A stretch of 64,000 nt of DNA from Dehalococcoidia bacterium (GCA_965219085.1 OZ244720.1:1408001-1472000), one strand, 5' to 3'; shown: positions 40,834 to 52,693, numbered from the stretch's first letter. Notes: generated by a model not told the origin, from the sequence alone. Numbers and translations: made by a program.

Positions 40834-41351
40834 TGAGGTGGTCCGTACTGGCCACGCTCGGTCAGGTAGGCGTCAGCTGCTCGAAGACGCCCGGCGGAGT
40901 CGCCGAACAGGCCGAGTCCAGTGTTGCAGGGTCGACAGAGCAGGCCGCGGACGGTGCCGGTTTCGTGATTGTGGTCAGGAATCGGCTTGCCCCCGAACTC
41001 CTTCTCACAGATGGCGCAGCGGTCGTTCTGGTCGCGCAGCATCCGTGCGTAGCCCTTCACCCCGAAGCCTGGATAGGACTGTAGCCGCTGTTTGAGCTCG
41101 CGCCGGGTCTCTTTGCGTCCCGCAGCCGTGCGCGCGGCCTTCCGGTCGGCCTTCTCCGCGGCCGCCTCCTCGTCGACGCTTTTGCGGCAGGCAGTACAGA
41201 ACTTGCGGGTTTGGTATCGCGCTAGCAGTTCTTGGCGTGTACCGCAACGCTGGCACTTCCACCGGACTTGCTTCGGTGGCTGTGGAAGCCTCCGCTTCCG
41301 AGCCTCACGCCGGGCCTGTATGGATCGCGCGGTTTGAGTCACCCTGGCCAC
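40830..41351 (-). CDS. Endonuclease VII domain protein with N-terminal CxxC...CxxC
   Basis: Y..ML..Q..RCAIC, DHNHETGTVRGLLCRPCN.GLG.FGD. Confidence 0.9.
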   Translation of the reverse strand: MARVTQTARSIQARREARKRRLPQPPKQVRWKCQRCGTRQELLARYQTRKFCTACRKSVDEEAAAEKADRKAARTAAGRKETRRELKQRLQSYPGFGVKGYARMLRDQNDRCAICEKEFGGKPIPDHNHETGTVRGLLCRPCNTGLGLFGDSAGRLRAADAYLTERGQYGPPQ

Positions 41352-41368
41352 CCGAAGGAACGGGGCCG

Positions 41369-43429
<2,061 letters not shown>

Positions 43430-43802
43430 TCACGGATAGGTCGTACCCTGATTCTTCGTCGCGACGGCTGTGCGGAGGGGGGCTGCGCATCGAGCGGATG
43501 GGGCGCAGCGGCTGGTTGCGGCGTCGCGTTGAACACGCAATCAGTTTACCACGGATCGCAGTTTCTGAGGCGCCGCGGGTGAGGTTGCCGAGCGTATCTC
43601 GCCCGCGATAAGACCCCTCAACCCGAGGGAACCCTGGCAGGGTCAGTATGCGGGACAATGTCATGGACATATCCGGCTCGGTAATGCCGTAATGCGTTGC
43701 CATAGCAGGCGGATACGCCGACAATGGTAAGGACAATTGTCGCGACAGGATCACTGACAGTCGACGGAAGAGCCGTCGACACGCCAGGATAGGCAGGACG
43801 CG

Positions 43803-44930
43803 GTGCCGCGCTGGGACATCCATTTCCAACCCTACGTCGAGTTGCGCGACGCAGAGTTGCTGCAACTGGTGGCGCGCGCCGAGGCGCTGGCGGGGCTCGT
43901 TCGGGCAATCCCGCTGCCGCCCGCGCTGAGGGACGAGGCGGATCGCCTCAACATCCTGAGGGCGGTGCGGGGCACCACGGGGATTGAGGGCGCGAACCTC
44001 ACAGAGGGGGAAGTTGGCGACATCCTGGCGGCAGGCCCGGATGGTGCACCCGTCCTGGGAGTGGCCCGGGCTCGCGAGGAGGCCGAGGCGCGCAACGCTG
44101 CGCGCGTGATGGACTATGTCCGGGTGACCGCGGCTCCGGAGAGTGAGCTGACCGAGGATCACGTGCGCGAGATGCACGCCCTCACCACGGACGGGATCGA
44201 CTACCGGAATAACTCGCCGGGTGAATACCGTGCGCGGCCGGTCGCAGCCGGCGACTATCAGGCCCCGCCTCCCGACGAGGTACCCGAGCTGATGGCCCGC
44301 TTCTTTGAATGGTTCTCGGAGTCACGAGATCGGGATCACTGGCCGGAGTGCGTGCGAGCCGTCGCGGCGCACTTCTACCTGATTAGCATTCACCCCTTCG
44401 GAGACGGCAACGGGCGCACATCGAGGGCGGTCGAGAGCTTCATCCTGTACGGCGGCGGCGTGAACTCGCTCGGGTTCTACTCGTTGGCCAACTTCTACTA
44501 TCGGCGTCGCCCGGAATACATCGAGATGCTGGACCGGGCGCGCTTCGTGCACGACGGGGACCTGACGGAGTTCGTGACGTTCGCGCTCGGGGGACTCCGG
44601 GAGGAGTTGGAGGATGTGCATGCCGAGGCCCTGGAGTTTGTTCGAGTGCTCGCGTTCACCGACTACGCCCGCCAGGCGCTGCAAGTGCGCGCCGGACTGC
44701 GGTCGAAGACCGGAAGGCGCCGGTTGGAGCTGGTGCTCCAACTCACCGGCGAGCCTGTGCCGCTCGTCGACTTGCGCGCGCGTCGGCACCCGGCGGCGCT
44801 TCTCTACGGGGGCGTGACCAACAAGACTCTGACGCGCGACATGAACTACCTCAGGGATATGGGCCTGGTCCGCATCGAGAACGGCCACGCTCGCGCCAAT
44901 CTGGAGCTCATGAACCAGTTCGCCGAGTGA
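43803..44930 (+). CDS. Fic family protein with C-terminal HTH-like region
   Basis: HPFGDGNGRTSR catalytic motif; GTTGIEG. Confidence 0.92.
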   Translation: MPRWDIHFQPYVELRDAELLQLVARAEALAGLVRAIPLPPALRDEADRLNILRAVRGTTGIEGANLTEGEVGDILAAGPDGAPVLGVARAREEAEARNAARVMDYVRVTAAPESELTEDHVREMHALTTDGIDYRNNSPGEYRARPVAAGDYQAPPPDEVPELMARFFEWFSESRDRDHWPECVRAVAAHFYLISIHPFGDGNGRTSRAVESFILYGGGVNSLGFYSLANFYYRRRPEYIEMLDRARFVHDGDLTEFVTFALGGLREELEDVHAEALEFVRVLAFTDYARQALQVRAGLRSKTGRRRLELVLQLTGEPVPLVDLRARRHPAALLYGGVTNKTLTRDMNYLRDMGLVRIENGHARANLELMNQFAE

Positions 44931-44988
44931 CGCCTGGTCGCACGCCGCACGCTCCGCCCGCCGGGCCGATGTACGTAGAATCAGGGCC

Positions 44989-45438
44989 ATGACAGCCGAT
45001 TCCGAACCCATCGAGATCACGCCGATCGGCGTCGTGCGCAGCCGCGAACGCGATGTGCGTCGGCAGGACTGGTCGCACGTGCGCAGCGACGTGGAACTGC
45101 GCCCCGAACTCGCCGACGCGCTGTCGGGCCTCGACGGCTTCTCGCATGTGATCGTCGTCGGCTGGCTCGACCAGATCCCGGCCGAGCTGCGCGAGCGGCG
45201 GCAGGCGTACCCGGGCGGCGACGAGCGACTGCCGCTGCTCGGCTCGTTCGCGCTGCGCGGCGCCCGCCCGAACCCGGTCGCCGTCACGGTCTGCCGGCTG
45301 CGAGGCATCGAGGGCTCCACGCTGCGCGTCGAGGGCCTCGACCTCGTCGACGGCACACCGGTGCTCGACGTGAAGCCGTACATCGCCGTCTACGACGCCG
45401 TGCCGGACGCGAAGCTGCCGCGCTGGGCGCAGGGGTGA
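44989..45438 (+). CDS. tsaA: tRNA m6t6A methyltransferase TrmO/TsaA-like
   Basis: PIGVVRS, L.GLDGFSH, RPNPV, GLDLVDGTPVLDVKPY. Confidence 0.88.
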   Translation: MTADSEPIEITPIGVVRSRERDVRRQDWSHVRSDVELRPELADALSGLDGFSHVIVVGWLDQIPAELRERRQAYPGGDERLPLLGSFALRGARPNPVAVTVCRLRGIEGSTLRVEGLDLVDGTPVLDVKPYIAVYDAVPDAKLPRWAQG

Positions 45439-46139
45439 CCGCCCGCGCGCCGACGCTCGACGCGGCCCACCTCGATGGGGTCTACGACGCGCTGCTCGCC
45501 GCGTACGGACCGCAGGGCTGGTGGCCCGTCGCCGGGCTGGCGGAGACAGCCACGCTCGAGGTCTGCGTCGGCGCGATCCTCGTGCAGCACGCGCGGTGGG
45601 AGGCGGCCGCAGCCGCGCTGGTCCGGCTGCGCGAAGCCCGCGCGCTCTCCGTCGAAGCGCTCGCCACGCTCGCGCTGGCGGACCTCGAGGAGCTCGTGCG
45701 AGGCGCCGGCACGTACCGATCGAAGGCGCGCACGCTGCGCTCGTTCGCCGAGCATGTGCGCGCTGGCCCTGGCGGAACGGTCGAGGGCTTCCTCGACGGC
45801 GACGCCGCGACCGTGCGACGGCGCTGCCTCGACGTGTGGGGCGTCGGACCCGAGACCGCCGACGCGATCGTGCTCTACGCCGCGCGCCGCCCCACGTTTG
45901 TCGTCGACGCGTATGCGCGGCGGCTGTTCGCGCGGCTCGGCTGCGAGCTGCCCGGCGGGTACGAGCCGGCCCGACACGCACTCCTCGACGCCACGGGTGG
46001 CGACGTGACGCGTCTCGGCGAGTGGCACGCGCTCATCGTCGCGCACGGCAAGGCGCGCTGCCTCACCCGCGCCCCGCGCTGCGAGGACTGCCCGCTGCTC
46101 GACGCGTGCCCCAGGGGGACCGCCGCGCTGGCGGCGTAG
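45435..46139 (+). CDS. HhH-GPD endonuclease III-related protein
   Basis: YGPQGWWP, GAILVQ, GVGPETADAI, FVVDAY, HALIV.HGK..C...P.C..CPL...C. Confidence 0.88.
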   Translation: MTARAPTLDAAHLDGVYDALLAAYGPQGWWPVAGLAETATLEVCVGAILVQHARWEAAAAALVRLREARALSVEALATLALADLEELVRGAGTYRSKARTLRSFAEHVRAGPGGTVEGFLDGDAATVRRRCLDVWGVGPETADAIVLYAARRPTFVVDAYARRLFARLGCELPGGYEPARHALLDATGGDVTRLGEWHALIVAHGKARCLTRAPRCEDCPLLDACPRGTAALAA

Positions 46140-46191
46140 CCCGCGCGACCACGCGTTGCACGCCGGTCTCGACGCACTGAGACTGACTGGC

Positions 46192-47265
46192 ATGGACCTC
46201 GGCATCATCGGGCTGCCCGCATCCGGCAAGACCACGCTCTGGCGTGCGCTGACCGGCGGCGTCGCCACCGGAGGCGGGAGTGGCCGCCTGGAGGCGTCCA
46301 TCGGCGTGGTGCACGTCCCCGACGCGCGCGTCGAGCGCCTCGCCGAGCTGTACGACGCGAAGAAGGTCACGCACGCCGAGATCCGTTGGTTCGACTACCC
46401 CGTCGCCGCCGTGGCGGCACGCGGCGCCGAGACCTCGATGCTGGGCGAGATGGCGCGCATGGACGCGCTCGCGCCCGTCATCGGCGCGTTCGGCGGCGGC
46501 GGCGGACTCGCCGATGCCCGCCGCGACCTCGAGACGCTCGAGCTGGAACTGACCTTCGCCGACCTCGCGCTGATCGAGCGCCGCCGGGGGCGCATCGAGC
46601 CGGAGATCCGCTCGATGCGGGCCGCCGACCGCGGGCCGCTCGAGGCGGAGCTCGAACTGCTGGAGCGCGTGACCGAGCAACTCGAGGCAGGCGTCGGTCT
46701 GCGCGCGCAGGAGCTGACCGAGGCCGAGCGGAAGCGGCTGTCCGGCTACCAGTTGCTGACGCGCCGGCCGCTCCTCGTGGTCGTCAACATCGCGGAGGCC
46801 GATGTCGGCCGCGCTGAGGCGATCGAGGCCGAGTTCGCCGAGCACCTCGACGCGTCCGCGACGACGGTCGTGGCGCTGTGCGCGCAGCTGGAGGCGGAGG
46901 TAGCGGCGCTCGACGCGGACGAGGCCGCCGAGTTCCGCGGCGAGCTCGGGCTGCCGCCCCTCTCGCCCGTCGACCGCCTGGTGCGCGAGGCGTACGGGCT
47001 GCTCGGGGTGCACTCGTTCCTGACGGCGGGGCGGCCGGAGGCGCGGGCGTGGACGCTGCCGGTTGGCGGCACCGCGCTGGACGCGGCGGGCCGCATCCAC
47101 TCGGACTTCGCACGCGGCTTCATCCGCGCCGAGGTGGCGCGCTTCGACGAGCTGATGGAGGCGGGCTCACTCGCCGAGCTGCGCAAGCGGGGCCGCCTCC
47201 GCACCGAGGGCCGCGACTACGTGATCGAGGACGGCGACGTGATCGAGGTGCTGTTCAACGTGTAG
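46192..47265 (+). CDS. ychF: YchF-like ATPase (DUF933)
   Basis: GIIGLP..GKTTL, VPDARV, FLTAG..E.RAW, AAGRIHSDFARGFIRAEV, EGRDYVIEDGDVIEVLFN. Confidence 0.88.
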   Translation: MDLGIIGLPASGKTTLWRALTGGVATGGGSGRLEASIGVVHVPDARVERLAELYDAKKVTHAEIRWFDYPVAAVAARGAETSMLGEMARMDALAPVIGAFGGGGGLADARRDLETLELELTFADLALIERRRGRIEPEIRSMRAADRGPLEAELELLERVTEQLEAGVGLRAQELTEAERKRLSGYQLLTRRPLLVVVNIAEADVGRAEAIEAEFAEHLDASATTVVALCAQLEAEVAALDADEAAEFRGELGLPPLSPVDRLVREAYGLLGVHSFLTAGRPEARAWTLPVGGTALDAAGRIHSDFARGFIRAEVARFDELMEAGSLAELRKRGRLRTEGRDYVIEDGDVIEVLFNV

Positions 47266-47299
47266 GCGGGGTCGCTCACTTCCTCGAGCACCAGTCCGT

Positions 47300-47704
47300 C
47301 TACCACACCGTGTCGATCTGCGGCGAAGCCGTCAGGATCGCGTCCCGCGTGACCAGGGGAGCGTCGTAGATCAGGGAGTCCGCGGCGATGAGTCGGTCGT
47401 GCATTTCCGGGATCTCGGGCAGCCGTTCGAGCAGGTCGAGTTGCTCCCTGCCCAGCTCCGACAGCTCCACGTCGCGCACTCCGGCCAATGCGTTCAGCAG
47501 CGCAGATGCCCCGAGGGGTTGACCGAGCTTGACCGACAAGAAGTAGGACTCTGCCACCACGATGGCGGGGACGATCAGCGTGGCGGCACCTGTCTCGGCC
47601 AGCCGAAAGAAGGCTGCCGCCGCGGTGCTGAGCCGGCTCGGGGATTCGAGGTACCACCAGAGCGCATGGGTGTCGGCGACGAAGCGAACCAGACTATCCG
47701 GCAA
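47300..47704 (-). CDS. VapC/PIN toxin
   Basis: VADTHALWWYL....RLS, IVVAE, EMHDRLIAA, LVTRD. Confidence 0.92.
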   Translation of the reverse strand: MPDSLVRFVADTHALWWYLESPSRLSTAAAAFFRLAETGAATLIVPAIVVAESYFLSVKLGQPLGASALLNALAGVRDVELSELGREQLDLLERLPEIPEMHDRLIAADSLIYDAPLVTRDAILTASPQIDTVW

Positions 47705-47975
47705 CGTCGTGGTCCTCGTCGAAACCCTCCGGCAACCGTGGTTCCCAGATCTTCTTCAGTGCCACAAAATCCTCGTACTCGGCGTCCGGGAGGATGTCGG
47801 CGAACGCGCCGCGCAGGGTGCGCAGCGAGGGCTTGTCTTCGTCTGGCGTGGGAGCAGTGGTGAGTCGGCCCCACGGCTTGCCGCGGCGGGTGATGATCAC
47901 CTCGTCGCCGTCCTCGAGGCCGCTGAGGATCTCGCTGAAGTGCGCCTTGAACTCTCGTACGCTGTATGTGGTCAT
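47694..47975 (-). CDS. Phd/YefM antitoxin
   Basis: YSVREFKAHFSEIL, EVIITRRGKP. Confidence 0.92.
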   Translation of the reverse strand: MTTYSVREFKAHFSEILSGLEDGDEVIITRRGKPWGRLTTAPTPDEDKPSLRTLRGAFADILPDAEYEDFVALKKIWEPRLPEGFDEDHDVAG

Positions 47976-48168
47976 ATCGAGTATCCGTGGGAGTCACGTG
48001 TGTGATTCGGTGTGACTACATGATAGCACTCGGCCATGCTGAGGAGACGTTGAGGAGACGAGGTCGCCCGCTCCCACCGTCGACAGGCTCGCCAACGCGA
48101 CGCTCGGCGCGGCGCCGGGGCATAATGCGTAGCCGCAACCGTGCGGGCGGACGAGGAGCAACGACGCC

Positions 48169-49026
48169 GTGAGCGATGTGCGGACACAGATCGTGGAGAT
48201 CATCGAGCAGGCGCTCTCCGGGGGTGAGGCCGTCGCCGTGGCGACTGTCATCGACCTCGGGGAGCAGCGGGACCAGGGCATCCTCCTCGGCGGGAAGATG
48301 CTCGTACACAAGGACGGCTCGACCGTCGGCGGCATCGGCGGAGGCGCCATCGAGGAGGCCGTGCGCGAGTCGGCCGTCGGTGCGCTCGAGGAGCGCCCGC
48401 GGCTGGAGGCGCAGACCGTCCACGTCGCGGCCGAGGGCGACGCCGTGTCGCGCCGCTCGCAGGCGCGCGCGGGCGATGCGCGCGTCATGATCGAGGTGCA
48501 CGAGGCGCCGGGGCAGCTGCTCGTCGTCGGCGGCGGGCATGTCGGGCTCGCGCTCGCGACGATGGGCGACATGCTCGGGTTCCGCGTCACGGTCGTCGAC
48601 GACCGGCTGGAGTTCGCGAACGAGGAGCGCTTCCCGATGGCGCAGCGGGTGATCGCGGAAGAGCCCGCGCCCGCCCTCGACGCGCTCGATATCAACGACA
48701 GCACCTATGCGGTGCTCGTCTCGCGCGGGCACCAGCTCGACGAAGAGGGACTGCGCCACCTCGTGGGCCGGGGCGCCGCCTACGTCGGCATGATCGGCAG
48801 CCGCCGCCGTACCGGGACGGTGCTGCAGCACCTCGCGGACGACGGATTCGGCCTCGCCGACCTGGAGGCGGTGTACACGCCGATCGGGCTGGACATCGGC
48901 GCCGAGACGCCCGAGGAGATCGCGATGTCGATCCTCTCGGAGATGGTGCTCGAACGCCGCGGCGGCACGGGCCGGCAGATGCGCGAGGTGAAGGGCCGGG
49001 CGCGGCTGACCGCGCCGACGGCGTAA
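48169..49026 (+). CDS. XdhC/CoxI family molybdoenzyme accessory protein
   Basis: GGIGGGAIE, LLVVGGGHV, VDDR.EFA...RFP, YVGMIGSRRR, PIGLDIGAETPEEIA. Confidence 0.92.
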   Translation: MSDVRTQIVEIIEQALSGGEAVAVATVIDLGEQRDQGILLGGKMLVHKDGSTVGGIGGGAIEEAVRESAVGALEERPRLEAQTVHVAAEGDAVSRRSQARAGDARVMIEVHEAPGQLLVVGGGHVGLALATMGDMLGFRVTVVDDRLEFANEERFPMAQRVIAEEPAPALDALDINDSTYAVLVSRGHQLDEEGLRHLVGRGAAYVGMIGSRRRTGTVLQHLADDGFGLADLEAVYTPIGLDIGAETPEEIAMSILSEMVLERRGGTGRQMREVKGRARLTAPTA

Positions 49027-49200
49027 GCGTCGGGCGCGCCGATCGCCCTGTATGAACTGCGGGTTGGCGACCATCGCCTTGCCTACGGTGAGGCACACGG
49101 GGTGCTCTATCTGCTGCACGCGTGGCGGAAGCAAGCGCGGCGAGCACCACGACGCGACGTGGCGCGAGCGCGAAGCAGGCTGCTCGAGCTGAGGCAGTAG
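49027..49200 (+). pseudogene. C-terminal remnant of a Gp49/HigB (RelE-family) toxin
   Basis: Manual translation LYELRVGDHRLAYGEAHGVLYLLHAWRKQARRAPRRDVARARSRLLELRQ*; N-terminal half absent. Confidence 0.8.
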
Positions 49201-49217
49201 GCCGGGAGAGGTGAACG

Positions 49218-49517
49218 ATGCGGCGAGCGAAGGAAATGTTCGAGGAGCTGCGGGACGGGGATCCGGAATTGCAGCGCGAGTACGACCGGCTGGGGCCGCG
49301 ATTCCGGTTGATCGAGGCGATGGTGCGGGCCCGGAAGGCTCGCAATCTCAGCCAGCGTGAACTGGCCGAGCAGATTGGCGTGACCAAGACGGTCATCAGT
49401 CGGCTCGAATCAGGGGAACACAGTCCGCGCCTCGAGACCGTATACGACATCGCGGAAGCGCTCGGGTACCGGCTCGACGTGAAGCTGGTGCGGGAACGAA
49501 GGAAGGCCACCGCCTGA
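49218..49517 (+). CDS. XRE-family HTH antitoxin (HigA-like)
   Basis: DPELQREY, ARKARNLSQRELAEQIGV....ISRLESG..SPRLET. Confidence 0.9.
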   Translation: MRRAKEMFEELRDGDPELQREYDRLGPRFRLIEAMVRARKARNLSQRELAEQIGVTKTVISRLESGEHSPRLETVYDIAEALGYRLDVKLVRERRKATA

Positions 49518-49590
49518 TCGAATGCGGACAGTCGCGCGACTGGTGCCGCGCGGCTGGTACAATGCGCGCGTATGACTGAAGGAGCGACAC

Positions 49591-49908
49591 GTGGCGGACG
49601 TTGAGCTGTACGAGGAGATCAAGGAAGCCCAGCGCGCGGGCGAGCGGCGCGTACTCGCGACCGTCGCGACGGCGCGCGGCTCCACGCCGCGCGGCCCCGG
49701 CGCGCAGATGCTGCTGCGGCCGGACGGCACGTTCGTCGGCACCATCGGCGGCGGCTGCGGCGAGGCCGAGGTGTGGCAGGAGGCCATGGAGACGCTGGCC
49801 GACGGCGCGCCGCGCATCGTCCTGGTCGACCTCACCGAGGATGTCGAGGGCGACGACAAGATCTGCGGCGGCGTGATGGAGGTCTTCCTCGAGCGCATCG
49901 CCGACTAG
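49591..49908 (+). CDS. XdhC N-terminal domain protein
   Basis: LATV....GSTPR.PGA.ML, GTIGGGCGE, ICGG.MEVFLE. Confidence 0.9.
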   Translation: MADVELYEEIKEAQRAGERRVLATVATARGSTPRGPGAQMLLRPDGTFVGTIGGGCGEAEVWQEAMETLADGAPRIVLVDLTEDVEGDDKICGGVMEVFLERIAD

Positions 49909-50017
49909 GAGGCGATCCGCGGCGGGCCCCGCAGCGTACCGTCCATGACGGGGCTGCGTGGTACGATCCCGCGATACCGAAACGCACGTGCTGCGATTAC
50001 GTCAGGGAGGCTGACCC

Positions 50018-50269
50018 ATGATCGGTAGTCTGGGCTGGCAGGAACTGCTCATCGTCCTCGTGATCATCGCGCTGATCTTCGGCGCGAGCCGCGTCGCGGA
50101 TCTCGGCGGCGCACTCGGCCGCGGCATTCGCGAGTTCCGCACTGAAGCGCGCGGCGACGAGGAAGAGGAGGCCGCGCAAGCGGCCGCCGAGGACGAAGAC
50201 GAGGGCGAGGAAGCGCCGGCGGCAGCCAGCGACACGGAGAGCTCGGGCGAGGGCTCGCGCTCCGGCTGA
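50018..50269 (+). CDS. tatA: Twin-arginine translocase TatA
   Basis: LGWQELLIVLVIIALIFGASRV..LG..LG.GIREFR. Confidence 0.93.
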   Translation: MIGSLGWQELLIVLVIIALIFGASRVADLGGALGRGIREFRTEARGDEEEEAAQAAAEDEDEGEEAPAAASDTESSGEGSRSG

Positions 50270-50300
50270 CCCCAGGCAGTCGAGCCACGATGACCAGCCA

Positions 50301-50336
50301 CGCCCGGCGTCGAGACTGCGCCGGGCGATTCTGTTT
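50301..50336 (+). terminator. Possible intrinsic terminator after tatA
   Basis: CGCCCGGCG-N9-CGCCGGGCG followed by ATTCTGTTT. Confidence 0.55.
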
Positions 50337-50381
50337 CACGACGGCGACGCGCCCACCCCGGCGGGGAGAGCGGAACGTCCG

Positions 50382-51929
50382 ATGACCCGCAGGCTCGGCC
50401 CCCGCGATCGCGTGGCGGTGTTCCTCGGCACGCTCGCCGGCGAGGCGGCGCGGCGGCTCGGCCGCGGCGGCGGTACCGCGCTCCCGGGGCTCGTCGCGAC
50501 GAGGGTCGCGCCCGGCGTGACCGAACAGCTCGCGCGCCTGCCCGACGCCGGCTCGGTGGTCGTGACCGGCACCAACGGCAAGACGACGACGGCGCACCTG
50601 CTGGCCGGTATCGCCGCCGCCGCCGGCCTCGACCCGATCGCGAACCGCTCCGGCTCCAACCTCGAACGCGGCATCGTCTCCGCATACCTCGACGCGCGTC
50701 ACGAGGCAGGCGATGGCGCCCGCCCCCGTCTCGGTGTGCTCGAGGTCGACGAGGCGGCGCTGCCGGGCCTGCTCCCGACGCTGCGACCGCGCGCCGCGCT
50801 GTTCCTCAACCTCTTCCGCGACCAGCTCGACCGCTACGGCGAGGTCGACTCGGTGGCCGAGGGGTGGCGCGAGATGCTGGTCGCCGACGGCAACGGGCTC
50901 ACGCTCGTGCTCAACGCCGACGACCCGCCGATCGCACAGCTCGCCGAGACCGGCCGCGGCGAGGTGGTCACGTTCGGCATCGAGGATCGCGGAGTCGCGC
51001 TGGCGGGCGACGAGCACGCCTCGGACGCGCGCTTCTGCGAGTGCGGCGCGGCGTTCCGCTACGAGGCGGTGTTCCTCGGCCAGGCCGGGCTCTGGCGCTG
51101 CGACGGCTGCGACCGCGCCCGCCCCACCCCCGACGTCGCCGCCCACGACGTGCGCGCCGGCAACGGCGCCACCACGTTCGCGCTGGCCGTCGCGGGCGAC
51201 CGCGTCGAGGTGGAGCTGCCACTCGAGGGGCTCTACGCGGTCTACAACGCGCTCGGCGCGGCCGCTGCCGCGCACGCGCTCGGCATCGAGGCCGACGCGA
51301 TCGCCTCGGCGCTTGCGGAGGCCGCGCCGGCGTTCGGCCGCCAGGAGTCGTTCGCCCTCGACGGGCGCGACGTGCGGATGTGGCTGGCAAAGAACCCCGC
51401 CGGGCTGAACGCGGTGCTGCGCACCCTCGCGCCGCCGCCCACTCCCGCAGACGCGGGGATACCCCGCGGCTCGGACGATGCGGGGATACCCCGCGGGACC
51501 GAGGAGGAGCCCCGGCAGCGGCTGCACCTGATGGCGCTGCTCAACGACGGCATCCAGGACGGCCGCGACGTGTCCTGGATCTACGACGCCGATCTCGAAC
51601 TGCTCGCGGGGCGCGTCGCGAGCCTCGTCGTCTCGGGCGACCGGGCGGCCGACCTCGCCCTCCGTTGCGACCTTGCGGGGCTGCGCGTCGATGTGGTGCA
51701 GCCGCAGGTCGGCGTGGCGCTCGCGCGGTCGCTGCAGCTGGCGCCCGCGGGCGCCCGCGTCGACGTGGTCGCCACGTACACCGCGATGATCGAGATGCGC
51801 GAGCTGCTCGCCGAGTGGACGGGTGTGGCCCCGTACTGGGCGACGCCGGAACCCCGCACGCGGGGATACCCCGCAGAATCGCGCACGCGGGGATACCCCG
51901 CGGGGCCATCGACGCGGGGACCGGCATGA
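50382..51929 (+). CDS. murT: MurT-like ligase (Mur ligase + DUF1727), lipid II amidation
   Basis: GGGTALPG, VTGTNGKTTT, LEVDEA, NLFRDQLDRYGE, KNPAG, DGRDVSWIYD, TYTAM. Confidence 0.92.
   Translation: MTRRLGPRDRVAVFLGTLAGEAARRLGRGGGTALPGLVATRVAPGVTEQLARLPDAGSVVVTGTNGKTTTAHLLAGIAAAAGLDPIANRSGSNLERGIVSAYLDARHEAGDGARPRLGVLEVDEAALPGLLPTLRPRAALFLNLFRDQLDRYGEVDSVAEGWREMLVADGNGLTLVLNADDPPIAQLAETGRGEVVTFGIEDRGVALAGDEHASDARFCECGAAFRYEAVFLGQAGLWRCDGCDRARPTPDVAAHDVRAGNGATTFALAVAGDRVEVELPLEGLYAVYNALGAAAAAHALGIEADAIASALAEAAPAFGRQESFALDGRDVRMWLAKNPAGLNAVLRTLAPPPTPADAGIPRGSDDAGIPRGTEEEPRQRLHLMALLNDGIQDGRDVSWIYDADLELLAGRVASLVVSGDRAADLALRCDLAGLRVDVVQPQVGVALARSLQLAPAGARVDVVATYTAMIEMRELLAEWTGVAPYWATPEPRTRGYPAESRTRGYPAGPSTRGPA
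51453..51494. repeat. Two GCGGGGATACCCCGC palindromes inside murT (27-bp period)
   Basis: Copies at 51453 and 51480 encode DAGIPRG twice. Confidence 0.85.
51860..51901. repeat. Two GCGGGGATACCCCGC palindromes at the murT 3' end (27-bp period)
   Basis: Copies at 51860 and 51887 encode RTRGYPA twice; partial third copy at about 51914. Confidence 0.85.
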
Positions 51930-52693
51930 GCGAGCGAGCGATCCGGGCGGTCTGGCTCTACCCGGAGCTGATGAACGTCTACGCCGACCGCGGCAACGTG
52001 ATCGCGCTGCGCGCGCGCTGCGCCGAGCACGACCTGGGCTGCGAGGTGCGGAACGTCGAGCTCGGCGGCGAGCTGCCGGACGACGTGGACCTCGTGCTGA
52101 TCGGCGGCGGGCAGGACCGCGAGCAGCGGCGTGTCGCGCCGGACCTGCAGCGCCACGCGGCCCGGCTGCACGACTGGAAGGACGCGGGTGTCGCGTTCCT
52201 CGCGGTCTGCGGCGGGTTCCAGCTCTTCGGGGACGGCTACCGCGCCGCGCGGGGCGAGGAGCTGCCGGGCGTCGGGCTGTTCGACGTGACCACGGTCGCG
52301 CCGCCGCCGGGCGCCGAGCGCTGCGTCGGCGACGTGCTGGCGGAGACGGGGCTCGGCGGCATCGGCGAGGTCGTCGGCTTCGAGAACCACGCGGGCCGGA
52401 CGTACCTCGGACCGGGTGTGCGGCCGTTCGCGCGGGTGCGTCATGGGTGGGGGAACAACGGCGCGGACGGCACCGAGGGCGCGGTGACGGGGAGCGCGCT
52501 CGGGACATACCTGCACGGTTCGCTGCTGCCTCGCAACCCCCGCATCACGGACTGGCTGATCGCAGGCGCGCTGCGCCATCGCTACGGCCCGGACGCCGCC
52601 ATCGAGGAGCGACCGGAGGGCGCATACGCCGTCGAGGCGAGGCGCGCGGCGGCTGCTGCGGCGCGCGACCGGGGACGGGCGAGCGTCGATTGA
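51926..52693 (+). CDS. gatD: GatD/CobQ-like glutamine amidotransferase
   Basis: LYPELMNVYADRGN, GGGQDREQ, AVCGGFQL, GFENH, GTYLHGSLLPRNP. Confidence 0.93.
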   Translation: MSERAIRAVWLYPELMNVYADRGNVIALRARCAEHDLGCEVRNVELGGELPDDVDLVLIGGGQDREQRRVAPDLQRHAARLHDWKDAGVAFLAVCGGFQLFGDGYRAARGEELPGVGLFDVTTVAPPPGAERCVGDVLAETGLGGIGEVVGFENHAGRTYLGPGVRPFARVRHGWGNNGADGTEGAVTGSALGTYLHGSLLPRNPRITDWLIAGALRHRYGPDAAIEERPEGAYAVEARRAAAAAARDRGRASVD

